From Promethearchaeota archaeon (GTDB lineage Archaea > Asgardarchaeota > Lokiarchaeia > Sigyniarchaeales > SOKP01), in the NCBI GenBank assembly GCA_030599585.1, contig JAUVNS010000008.1, positions 160,001 to 224,000 on the forward strand: a stretch of 64,000 nt of DNA, given 5' to 3'. The notes beneath the pieces were generated by a model, which did not search any database, had not been told where the DNA came from, and worked only from the letters and a program-made list of their open reading frames with translations. The translations under genes were made by a program, and so were the position numbers. This document shows positions 20,195 to 28,618 of the stretch, piece by piece. The number at the start of each line of letters is the position of its first letter. The stretch's first letter is position 1.

Positions 20195-21073
20195 CTATGA
20201 GAGTAATTTTGGAAATCTTTGCTTCATTGATAATTCTTTCTGGATGATTTCATTTAGTAATTCTTCTCTCTCTTTACCAGCAAGTATTTCCAATTTTCTA
20301 ATTTTTAAGGGATCAACTTTTTCTCTCAATACACTAATCTCTTTTATTGTTGGAGGATTTGTCTCTTGAATATTCTTAGGGATGACCAAATCAAACCCAG
20401 TTGATTCTTTAACATCCTCGATATCAACGCCAGGATGAGTTGATGCTAACCTCATACGCTTGGTTTTTTCATCAAAATCCAAATAGGCTAAATTAGAAAT
20501 CATACATTGCGGTCCCGCTCCACCACAAATAGAAGGATTACCATCAGGGAAGCCAACGCCGGAAATAAAATCTAATTTTTCGGTTGGAACAAATGTTCGT
20601 GAATCGTGACGAGGAGTGTACAGAAATGATCCTCGGGCGTAGAACATACTAAAGTCAGCTATCCCAGCACAACCCGGTAATCTTATTTTTGGTTTATTCC
20701 AATCTCCAATACAAATATTATTCGTATTGCCGTATTGATCTATTTGTGCCGGTCTAAAGAACTCAATCGTAGTAAGTTTATCCGAAGGAAGAGACTCTAA
20801 CGTACATTCCCCGGAATTTTGAAAGCGATAAGCTCTAGCGGTATTCATTTCTAAATAGAGCAGAGAGACTTGGCGAGGTTCGAACACAAAAGTATTCCCC
20901 ATAATATAATGATAAATGGCGTTTGGTGCGTGTGTCATTTTTGCTAAAGTAAATGCTGCCCATACGCAGGGAGTTGCAACTCCAACGATCATAACGTCAT
21001 CATCTTGAACTTCTCTAGCCATTAAAACTGTAATCATTTCGTCTACGGTATAATCTTTAGAAGTCTCACCCAT
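20195..21073 (-). CDS. Family I CoA-transferase-fold beta subunit (GctB-like) lacking the catalytic Glu
   Basis: EMITVLMAREV...AKMTHAP, AQIDQYGNTN, RLPGCAG, HPGVDIEDVKESTGF; the position of GctB ESG reads IMG. Confidence 0.88.
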   Translation of the reverse strand: MGETSKDYTVDEMITVLMAREVQDDDVMIVGVATPCVWAAFTLAKMTHAPNAIYHYIMGNTFVFEPRQVSLLYLEMNTARAYRFQNSGECTLESLPSDKLTTIEFFRPAQIDQYGNTNNICIGDWNKPKIRLPGCAGIADFSMFYARGSFLYTPRHDSRTFVPTEKLDFISGVGFPDGNPSICGGAGPQCMISNLAYLDFDEKTKRMRLASTHPGVDIEDVKESTGFDLVIPKNIQETNPPTIKEISVLREKVDPLKIRKLEILAGKEREELLNEIIQKELSMKQRFPKLLS

Positions 21074-21246
21074 TTCTTTCCACTTTTCTTAGAGTATTAT
21101 ATTTTTTTAATCGAGAATTCTAGTGTTATATTTATTTGGTAATAAGAAAACATTTAAGATTTTCTAAGAGTCTAATCTGAAAATAATCATAAAGGTGTTG
21201 AAAAAAGTAAAAATTGAAAAGTTATTCGATATTTTTCTTTGTAATT

Positions 21247-21858
21247 ATGTACATTGTCTGTTTTGATTTAGAAGGCGTTTTCACTCCTGAAGTATGGATT
21301 GCGGTAAGTAAAGCTACTGGAATTGATGAACTTAAATTAACTACACGAGATATTTCTGATTATGATATCCTTATGAAAAATCGCATCGCAATATTAAAAA
21401 AAAACAATATCACTCTTAAAGAAATACAAGAGATTATTTCGAAAATGGATTTATTACCTGGTGCAAAGGAATTTTTGGATTATATTCGTTCTGTAGCCCA
21501 AGTAGTTATTGTAACTGATAGTTTTATTGATTTTGTAATACCTTTTATGAAAAAACTGGGTTTTCCTATGTGTTTTTGCCACAATCTTGAAATAAATAAA
21601 GAAGGTATTATTACTGATTATAAAATTCGTATTAGTGAGATGAAAAAAAAGACAGTTTTAGCTCTCAAAAAGTTAAATTACGAAGTGATTGCGGCAGGGG
21701 ATTCGTATAATGATGTATCCATGTTATTAGAAGCAAAACATGGTATTCTGTTTAGACCACCAAAAAATGTGGTCGAACAATTTCCAGAACTCCCGGTTGT
21801 TAATGAATACGATGAATTAAAAGATTTGATTTCTAAATATTTAGGGTTTTCCGATTAG
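21247..21858 (+). CDS. thrH: Phosphoserine phosphatase / homoserine phosphotransferase
   Basis: HAD motif DLEGVFTPEVW, LTTRDISDYD, AAGDSYNDVSML, GILFRPP; ATG 21247 preferred. Confidence 0.92.
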   Translation: MYIVCFDLEGVFTPEVWIAVSKATGIDELKLTTRDISDYDILMKNRIAILKKNNITLKEIQEIISKMDLLPGAKEFLDYIRSVAQVVIVTDSFIDFVIPFMKKLGFPMCFCHNLEINKEGIITDYKIRISEMKKKTVLALKKLNYEVIAAGDSYNDVSMLLEAKHGILFRPPKNVVEQFPELPVVNEYDELKDLISKYLGFSD

Positions 21859-21873
21859 GTTATAAATCGCGCT

Positions 21874-23232
21874 CTAATCTTGAAAATCTTCTAATAAATA
21901 TTCTTTAAAATCCGTATAATTGATAATTTCTTTTGGGTTTGGAAATTCGGATTTATCTTGTATTACTTTTAACGAATATGGCATTTTTGGAACGATGTCG
22001 ATTAATTTGATTATTTCTTCAGGAAATTTTGAAGGATTAGCAGTTTCAAAAGTTAATGATTTAATATCATTATTCTTCGGATAACTATCACGATATAGCT
22101 GGAGCGCAGCCCACCCAACAGCTCCGTGAGGTTCAATTATTTTTTTATATTTATTATAAAAATTAACTATTGCATCTTTAGTTGCTCCATCGCTTATAGA
22201 ATATGAAACAACTTCATTACGAAGCTCTTCCATGTTTGGTATTTTATGTATTACTCCTTTCTCGTCTATTTTACCTCCATAAAGATCAAAGATTCTTGCT
22301 AAATTTGAAGGATGACCAACATTCATAGCATTAGATATGCAGTTTATTGATGGATCGACTTTAGTATAAACTCCCGTTTTTAGAAATTTTGGAAATTCGT
22401 TGTTTTCATTTACAGCTGAGATAAATCTCTTTATAGGAAGCCCCATTTTTTTAGCAATTAGACCTCCGGTAAGATTTCCAAAATTCCCTGAAGGAACAGA
22501 AAATATGACCTTTTCGTTCTTTTTATCTACAATTCTGGAGTATCCCCAGAAATAATAAAGCGTTTGAGGTATCAAACGACCAAAATTTATAGAATTCGCT
22601 GATGACAAATTTATATGGTTTAACTCTTTATCGCCGAAAGCACTTTTTACTAACTTTTGACAATCATCAAATTTACCCTTTATTCCAATGGCAGTTATAT
22701 TTTCACCCAGTGTCGTCATTTGTTTTCTTTGTAAGTTACTGACTTCGTTTTTTGGAAATAATACTACAACTTTAATTCTATACATTTTATAAAATGCTTG
22801 AGCGACAGCACCTCCTGTATCTCCTGAGGTCGCCGTTAAGATTGTGATATTCTTATCATCTACTTCGAGAAAATGTTCCATTATTCTTGCTAACGTTCTT
22901 GCTCCAAAATCTTTGAAGCTACATGTAGGACCACGATCTAAATAGCATATATAATCATTATTAACAATATTTTCTATAGCTATTTCAAAATTTAAGGCAT
23001 TATTTACGATTTGCTGAAGCTTCTCTTGCGATATGATTTTTCCAATGAATTTTGCAATTATAATATTAGCAATATCAACAAAATCCATGTTTTTGAACGA
23101 ATCAATCGTATCATTAGTCAGTCTTGGAATTTTATTTAGCATATATAATCCATTGTCTATAGCTTGGCCTTGTAAAACAGCAGTTTTGAAATCTACATCG
23201 TCTGAATTATAATTTGTTGAGTGAAAACTCGT
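21874..23232 (-). CDS. thrC: Threonine synthase (bacterial class II type); conserved N-terminus extends 30 codons upstream of ATG 23142
   Basis: GPTCSFKDFGAR (PLP Lys), ATSGDTG, NSINFGRL, VPSGNFGNL; upstream in-frame (ACG)-SFHSTNYNSDDVDFKTAVLQGQAIDNGLY matches the ThrC N-terminal domain. Confidence 0.92.
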   Translation of the reverse strand, partial: TSFHSTNYNSDDVDFKTAVLQGQAIDNGLYMLNKIPRLTNDTIDSFKNMDFVDIANIIIAKFIGKIISQEKLQQIVNNALNFEIAIENIVNNDYICYLDRGPTCSFKDFGARTLARIMEHFLEVDDKNITILTATSGDTGGAVAQAFYKMYRIKVVVLFPKNEVSNLQRKQMTTLGENITAIGIKGKFDDCQKLVKSAFGDKELNHINLSSANSINFGRLIPQTLYYFWGYSRIVDKKNEKVIFSVPSGNFGNLTGGLIAKKMGLPIKRFISAVNENNEFPKFLKTGVYTKVDPSINCISNAMNVGHPSNLARIFDLYGGKIDEKGVIHKIPNMEELRNEVVSYSISDGATKDAIVNFYNKYKKIIEPHGAVGWAALQLYRDSYPKNNDIKSLTFETANPSKFPEEIIKLIDIVPKMPYSLKVIQDKSEFPNPKEIINYTDFKEYLLEDFQD

Positions 23233-23233
23233 C

Positions 23234-24256
23234 TCAAAAACCTCTTCTTTTTTTGACTATACTAATAAGATCGTTTAATATAGCAGATGCTGCTTCAAAA
23301 CCGCCAGCTCCCTTCCCTATTAAAATTATGGATCCCGCGTACTTGGTTTGAAGTTCAATTAGGTTCAATGTTCCTTGAACATTTAGAGGTGAATCTCTTT
23401 TAACCAACCTTGGCTCTACAGTTAAATTATTATCTTTAGCAATAGCTAGATGTTTTATTACATAACCATCTAATTTTGCTAGTTCCAATGCATGTGGCGT
23501 GATTTTAGTAATTCCTTTAATCCTTACATCTTCAATAGATTTTGACCATCCAAGTAACTCGTTTGATAGAATTACTAGTTTCCCAGCTGCGTCATAACCA
23601 TTAATATCTAAACTTGGATCCGTTTCTGCATATCCTAATTCTTGCGCCTCTTTTAAAGCTACTGAAAAAGAAATCCCTTCAGCTGTCATTCGACTTAGAA
23701 TATAGTTATTTGTCCCATTTAATATTGCTCTAATTCGAGAGATTGTATTTCCTATAAGACTTTCTTTAATTGATAAAGCAGGAACGCAACTTGCAACCGT
23801 TGCTTCAAATTTAACTAAACAATTCATCTTTTCAGCTAAATTTTGTATATTAGTGTACTGTAAATAAAACGGTGCTTTATTTGATGAAATTACATTGATA
23901 CTATTCTTTAATGCTTCTATAATGTGCGATAATGCGGGTTCTCCAGTATTTGGGTTAGTTGGTGTAGTTTCAATACATATTTCTATATCTAAAGTAGAAA
24001 TTAAATCCTGAGCTTTCACATTACTTGTCCAATATTGATTTTTTCTTAAATTATTGTAATCCTCCAATACATTATCTAAATTTATTCCAGCGTTATTAAT
24101 CAGAGCGCCGTCGTGTTCGAAAATGGCAACTAATTTGAAATTGAAATTAAAGTTAGCTCTAATATAATCTCGTTTTTCTTTTAATAACTGAAGAAAGCGT
24201 GTTCCAACATTTCCCATTCCAATTAAACAGATTTTCACTTCCATATCTTTACACAT
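23234..24256 (-). CDS. hom: Homoserine dehydrogenase
   Basis: GMGNVG Rossmann, SNKAP, FEATV, ILNGTNNYIL, AQELGYAETDPSLDINGYDAAGK, GKGAG. Confidence 0.95.
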   Translation of the reverse strand: MCKDMEVKICLIGMGNVGTRFLQLLKEKRDYIRANFNFNFKLVAIFEHDGALINNAGINLDNVLEDYNNLRKNQYWTSNVKAQDLISTLDIEICIETTPTNPNTGEPALSHIIEALKNSINVISSNKAPFYLQYTNIQNLAEKMNCLVKFEATVASCVPALSIKESLIGNTISRIRAILNGTNNYILSRMTAEGISFSVALKEAQELGYAETDPSLDINGYDAAGKLVILSNELLGWSKSIEDVRIKGITKITPHALELAKLDGYVIKHLAIAKDNNLTVEPRLVKRDSPLNVQGTLNLIELQTKYAGSIILIGKGAGGFEAASAILNDLISIVKKRRGF

Positions 24257-24266
24257 AACTGATTTA

Positions 24267-24758
24267 TTATGATCGTATCAAAAAGAGATTTTTCTCTTTA
24301 CATATTTTTTCAATTTCAGTTGTTAGTTCAAATTTTGTCATAACTTCAGGAAATTCTGCTTTCATCATAACGCTACTTATTTCATCAACTTCAGTAAACT
24401 TAGCGTGTAATTCAAGAACTTTAATGCTCTTGGAATCCAATCGTTTAATGGTTTCTGTTATATCTGAGTCGAAAACGTGCCCAGTTAAAATGAAAGTCAA
24501 GATTTTATTTTTAGAGTTAACAGAAATCTTGGTGAGTTGTATATTATTTTCGGTTAAATTTTTTTTTATGTTTTCTAGCGATATTTCAATTAGTTCTTCA
24601 CTTAATTCAAACCAAATATCAACTGGAATCATGTTATTAAGTTTTTTATCATGATGGTGTAATACACCATGGATATTTCCCCCATTTTGGGAGATTGGTT
24701 TTATTAATTCAATTAAGCTTCCCGGAATATCCGGTAATTTAACTTCTAAGTAAATCAT
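24267..24758 (-). CDS. Tandem ACT-domain protein (archaeal homoserine dehydrogenase regulator type)
   Basis: LPDIPGSLIELIKPISQNGGNI and ILTGHVFDSDITETI motifs; directly upstream of hom. Confidence 0.82.
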   Translation of the reverse strand: MIYLEVKLPDIPGSLIELIKPISQNGGNIHGVLHHHDKKLNNMIPVDIWFELSEELIEISLENIKKNLTENNIQLTKISVNSKNKILTFILTGHVFDSDITETIKRLDSKSIKVLELHAKFTEVDEISSVMMKAEFPEVMTKFELTTEIEKICKEKNLFLIRS

Positions 24759-24954
24759 TTTTGAAATAAGTCCTTTTTTTTTTTAGAAATATATTTAACA
24801 ACCAATTTCATAGATAAAAATGTATCTGGTTTACAACTACCGTATCAAAGGACACTTTTTAATTTTTCTACTAATTAATTGTAATTGAAATACTTGAAAA
24901 AATGATCAATCTCTTTTTAAACTATAATTACAAACTTAAAGCTGGGCTATGTCG

Positions 24955-25830
24955 TTACAATAATATATTTAATATCATTTCTGCGCCGCCAGCATTATCC
25001 AGATATTCAGCGTTCGATTTTACATCAATGAATTTACGCTTATATTCGTTAAAAGGCGTTTTAAGATATTCTTGAATGTGAAGTGCATCGAATGTATAAC
25101 GATCGTAGCACGAAGTGGGATGAGCTCCAAAAGGCACTTTTACGACGGCATTGGTAGTTTGCATTGGTAATTGCGCTTTTCCTTGTAGATATCTAATATC
25201 TTCTGTTTCAAGTAACCTTTCGCAGGTAATAATTGTTTTTTTTGCAGTCTTAGCCATATCGTCATCCATCCAAACTGCTCCCGCTATATTTCCATTGCCA
25301 TATTCATCCGCAAAAGGGACATGTAAAATTGCAACATCTAAGTCTATTTTAGGGATGGCCATAAGTTGAGTGCCTGAACCCAAAGGATCTTCGAACTGTT
25401 TTATATCGTTCCTGACTTTAGGAAAATCAGTACCTATCATCCCTTTTAATGGCATAAATGGAACTTTTAAATACGAGCTTTTCAATCCAAGAGCAATTGA
25501 TGCTTCACTTTCCTCGGAAATACTTACTGAACCTGATTCCACAGCCTTTCTATAATTCGGGGCCATGCCAAATATTTCCATACCAACAAAACAGCTTCTT
25601 ACTTCTGACACGCAGCCCGCACCAATAAGCATATCAATATCTATCCCACCAACAAAAGTACATAGCGATAAACCTTTTTTATTTTGCTTAATCATTTCTT
25701 TACAAGCACTTATTGGTTTTCTCCAAAAAGAAAGCCCTCCAATTCCAACTAAATCACCATCTTGAACATAAGTAGAAATTGCCTCATCTAAGGTCATTAG
25801 TTTACTTTTTTGAATTTTCGATCTCCTCAC
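24955..25830 (-). CDS. Family I CoA-transferase-fold alpha subunit (GctA/IpdA-like)
   Basis: KLMTLDEAI...DGDLVGIGG...RKP, DMLIGAGCV, PFMP...GTD, ADEYGNG, PFGAHPTSC. Confidence 0.9.
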   Translation of the reverse strand: MRRSKIQKSKLMTLDEAISTYVQDGDLVGIGGLSFWRKPISACKEMIKQNKKGLSLCTFVGGIDIDMLIGAGCVSEVRSCFVGMEIFGMAPNYRKAVESGSVSISEESEASIALGLKSSYLKVPFMPLKGMIGTDFPKVRNDIKQFEDPLGSGTQLMAIPKIDLDVAILHVPFADEYGNGNIAGAVWMDDDMAKTAKKTIITCERLLETEDIRYLQGKAQLPMQTTNAVVKVPFGAHPTSCYDRYTFDALHIQEYLKTPFNEYKRKFIDVKSNAEYLDNAGGAEMILNILL

Positions 25831-25965
25831 ATTATAGAATATTGAATTTTAGATATTAAAACGATATTTAGAAACAATTTTTGTTATGTTAAAAATATGA
25901 TATGTTGCACTCTTTTGAATGCAGAAAAAAAATGAAAAATAATTCAAAATTATTAATATATTGCC

Positions 25966-26730
25966 TTATTTTTTTGCTTTTTCTAATTGTTTCTTTAATT
26001 TTACAAAGAATTCTGGGGGCGACATTTGATATGGTGTTGGGTATCTAGTTCCTGCTCTGTGGGTTTTTTCCATACCTTCTATTATTTCGTCAATAATTCC
26101 CATAGGTATTGAGGCAATTAAATCCGTATCAGTTGCCATAGCAAAACGACGATCGCCAAGACATGGAAACGCAATCTGTAGTTCACCTGTAAGAATGGCA
26201 TTTGAGATAGTATCGGCGCAAACTCCATCACAAAACGTTGACATTGAAATTCTCCCTCCTTTTTTCCATAAAGAACCCTGGATTATTCTCATAATCTGAG
26301 CAGAATTACCCCAAATTAGGATCAAATCGGGTTGAAAATCAATTCGGCTTAAAGCACCCGAAACTATAGCAGAATATTGTCCGAATGGTAGTTTTGGCAT
26401 CGAATTTGTAGTTTTTTTAGCCGCTTCTTTTGTTTCATTGTAGCGTCCCACGAAAAAAGCGCCCTCTTCGAAAAGTTTATAAGATTCTTCAAATCCAAGA
26501 GATATTTCGGCTAAGGGACACAAATTATCCTCCTTTACACACCCCATTGTCCATCCGTAATACCTCGCATAACTGAATATTTGACAAAGTGCGATTTTTT
26601 TTTCTGTTTTCTTTAAAAATTTAATATTATTTAATTCTTCGGGATTCTGTAGTAATTTTACGGCAACGGGGAATGTAGCTAACCTAAGATATTTATTAAG
26701 TTTTTCATCTGTTTTTTCGTATTTACCCAT
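25966..26730 (-). CDS. DUF169 family protein
   Basis: LRLATFPVAVKL, ALCQ...AR.YG, CPLA...LG, C.D, PCLGDRRFA; ATG 26730 likely. Confidence 0.8.
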   Translation of the reverse strand: MGKYEKTDEKLNKYLRLATFPVAVKLLQNPEELNNIKFLKKTEKKIALCQIFSYARYYGWTMGCVKEDNLCPLAEISLGFEESYKLFEEGAFFVGRYNETKEAAKKTTNSMPKLPFGQYSAIVSGALSRIDFQPDLILIWGNSAQIMRIIQGSLWKKGGRISMSTFCDGVCADTISNAILTGELQIAFPCLGDRRFAMATDTDLIASIPMGIIDEIIEGMEKTHRAGTRYPTPYQMSPPEFFVKLKKQLEKAKK

Positions 26731-26905
26731 ATTTACTCTACCATTTTTACCATTACAAATTCTAATATTAATTAACATTAACTTCTTTTAAATATTTTTT
26801 CTCAGATAATTTTATTATGATGATTTTTAATTGATTGAGTATTACATCATAATATATTAAGCTTAGAGGTAATGCATCATTAGAAAAAGATTAAAACAAG
26901 GGCTA

Positions 26906-27412
26906 GTGCAAGTTTATTTTGGTAGGGGTAAGGGTAAAACCACTGCAGCCTTAGGACAAGGTTTTCGAGCTACGGGGCATGGATTTAAGGTATATATGAT
27001 TCAATTCATGAAAGGATATCCTCAATATGGAGAAGTAAAAGCCATAGAAAACACTCAGAATTTCGATTTAAAACAGTTTGGCACGCCAGACTTAATAGCA
27101 ACTCCCGGAGAAATTGATTTCGAAGAGGGAAGGAAAGGTATGGAGTTTGCAGAGAAAATAATTATGAGCGATGAATATGACATTGTAATTCTTGATGAAA
27201 TTGGGGTAGCCGTTGAGTATGGGATTGTAAAGATCGAAGATGTATTAAAATTAATTGAAAATAAACCCGAATTTGTCGAACTAATTATAACAGGCGGCCC
27301 TAAGATGCATCCAAAAATCAAGGAACGAGCAGATTTGCTTACTGAAATGAGGATGATCAAACATTACTATTCTTCAAAGGGTATTAAAGCTCGTTTTGGT
27401 ATAGAACATTAA
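26906..27412 (+). CDS. cobO: Cob(I)alamin adenosyltransferase (CobO/BtuR)
   Basis: VYFGRGKGKTTAALG, IQFMKG, ILDEI, ELIITG, ADLLTEM...KH, ARFGIE; true start may lie slightly upstream. Confidence 0.92.
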   Translation: MQVYFGRGKGKTTAALGQGFRATGHGFKVYMIQFMKGYPQYGEVKAIENTQNFDLKQFGTPDLIATPGEIDFEEGRKGMEFAEKIIMSDEYDIVILDEIGVAVEYGIVKIEDVLKLIENKPEFVELIITGGPKMHPKIKERADLLTEMRMIKHYYSSKGIKARFGIEH

Positions 27413-27421
27413 CGAGGTATA

Positions 27422-28600
27422 GTGAGCTATAATATGGGAATTAGGAATTTTATATTTTCACTTGTCTTAAAATTCTCTAAAGTAAAGCTAGATAATATTC
27501 TTATAGATCACCACAAATATCTTGGAAAACGCGAAAATTCGCTCAAAATTTACGACCGCCCACCTAGAAACATGATTTTATCACCCTTTAATTTGACTTT
27601 TAATCCTACAGATCGATTGCTTATCGTAAATTTTGAAGAGGATTCTATTTACTACAGTATAGAGCTTCAAATTTTCAATAAAATTGACAAAGAATTCCCG
27701 CTTGTAATCATGTATCGAAAGGATAACATGAAAGATATTTATTACACTAATGAGATTGTTATAAAAAATAGAAAAAAGATGATCAGTGATTTATTTGGAA
27801 AAGTGTCGTTCAATCAACTTGACAATATCGAATACAAATTCCAATTTGATGAGATGGGCTTGGATGCTTACCTCTTTTTAAAAGATAAGTTAGAAAAAGA
27901 AATTGAGTTCAAAATTAAAGAAAAAATTTCTGGGAGAGAATTGACTTCAATTTTAACCCCTATTGGTACAGTCAGTAAGAAACCTGAGTACTTCACCATC
28001 GTTTTCCTCAACAAGTTCGGTATGGTAATCAAAGAAAACACAGAAATCTTTGTCAAAATTCACGGCTTTTCAAGAAATATAACAGAAATGCCTGTTCCAA
28101 TGAATAAAATGAGTTTTTATTCAGCTCACTATTCTTTAGAACCATTAATCTGTAACTGGAATAATAATTTTAATGGTAACATAAACCCTATAATTTTATA
28201 TCCACCAACCCTAAATGTATCTGATGGTAATATAACATTTAACCTTGTAAAGAACTCTGATTACTACGAGATAAAAAAAATCTCTGGAAACGACGATGAG
28301 GGTCATACTCTTTCCTTCGATTTTTCTCCAGCAATACCTAATTTATTATCTCTAGGAAGCAATTCGAAAATAAATGGAAGATTTTCCGTAATAATTGATA
28401 AAAAAAAGGGGATTTTTGCAGGGAAATATCATTTAGTTCGTATTGGGGAGGCTATTGAGTTTAGAATTACACCAAACAAAGGATGGCAACCATTTCCTGG
28501 AAAATTATGGTTAAAAACTTATAAATGGATTTCAAAAATATATATTCAAGATATCAAAGATATTAAAATCAGTTCCTATTGGCGAAGAATAAAAGGATGA
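27422..28600 (+). CDS. Hypothetical beta-rich protein
   Basis: 392-aa ORF with GAGGT RBS, 9 nt after cobO; no recognisable motif. Confidence 0.7.
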   Translation: MSYNMGIRNFIFSLVLKFSKVKLDNILIDHHKYLGKRENSLKIYDRPPRNMILSPFNLTFNPTDRLLIVNFEEDSIYYSIELQIFNKIDKEFPLVIMYRKDNMKDIYYTNEIVIKNRKKMISDLFGKVSFNQLDNIEYKFQFDEMGLDAYLFLKDKLEKEIEFKIKEKISGRELTSILTPIGTVSKKPEYFTIVFLNKFGMVIKENTEIFVKIHGFSRNITEMPVPMNKMSFYSAHYSLEPLICNWNNNFNGNINPIILYPPTLNVSDGNITFNLVKNSDYYEIKKISGNDDEGHTLSFDFSPAIPNLLSLGSNSKINGRFSVIIDKKKGIFAGKYHLVRIGEAIEFRITPNKGWQPFPGKLWLKTYKWISKIYIQDIKDIKISSYWRRIKG

Positions 28601-28618
28601 TATTTTACTTGGAGCATT

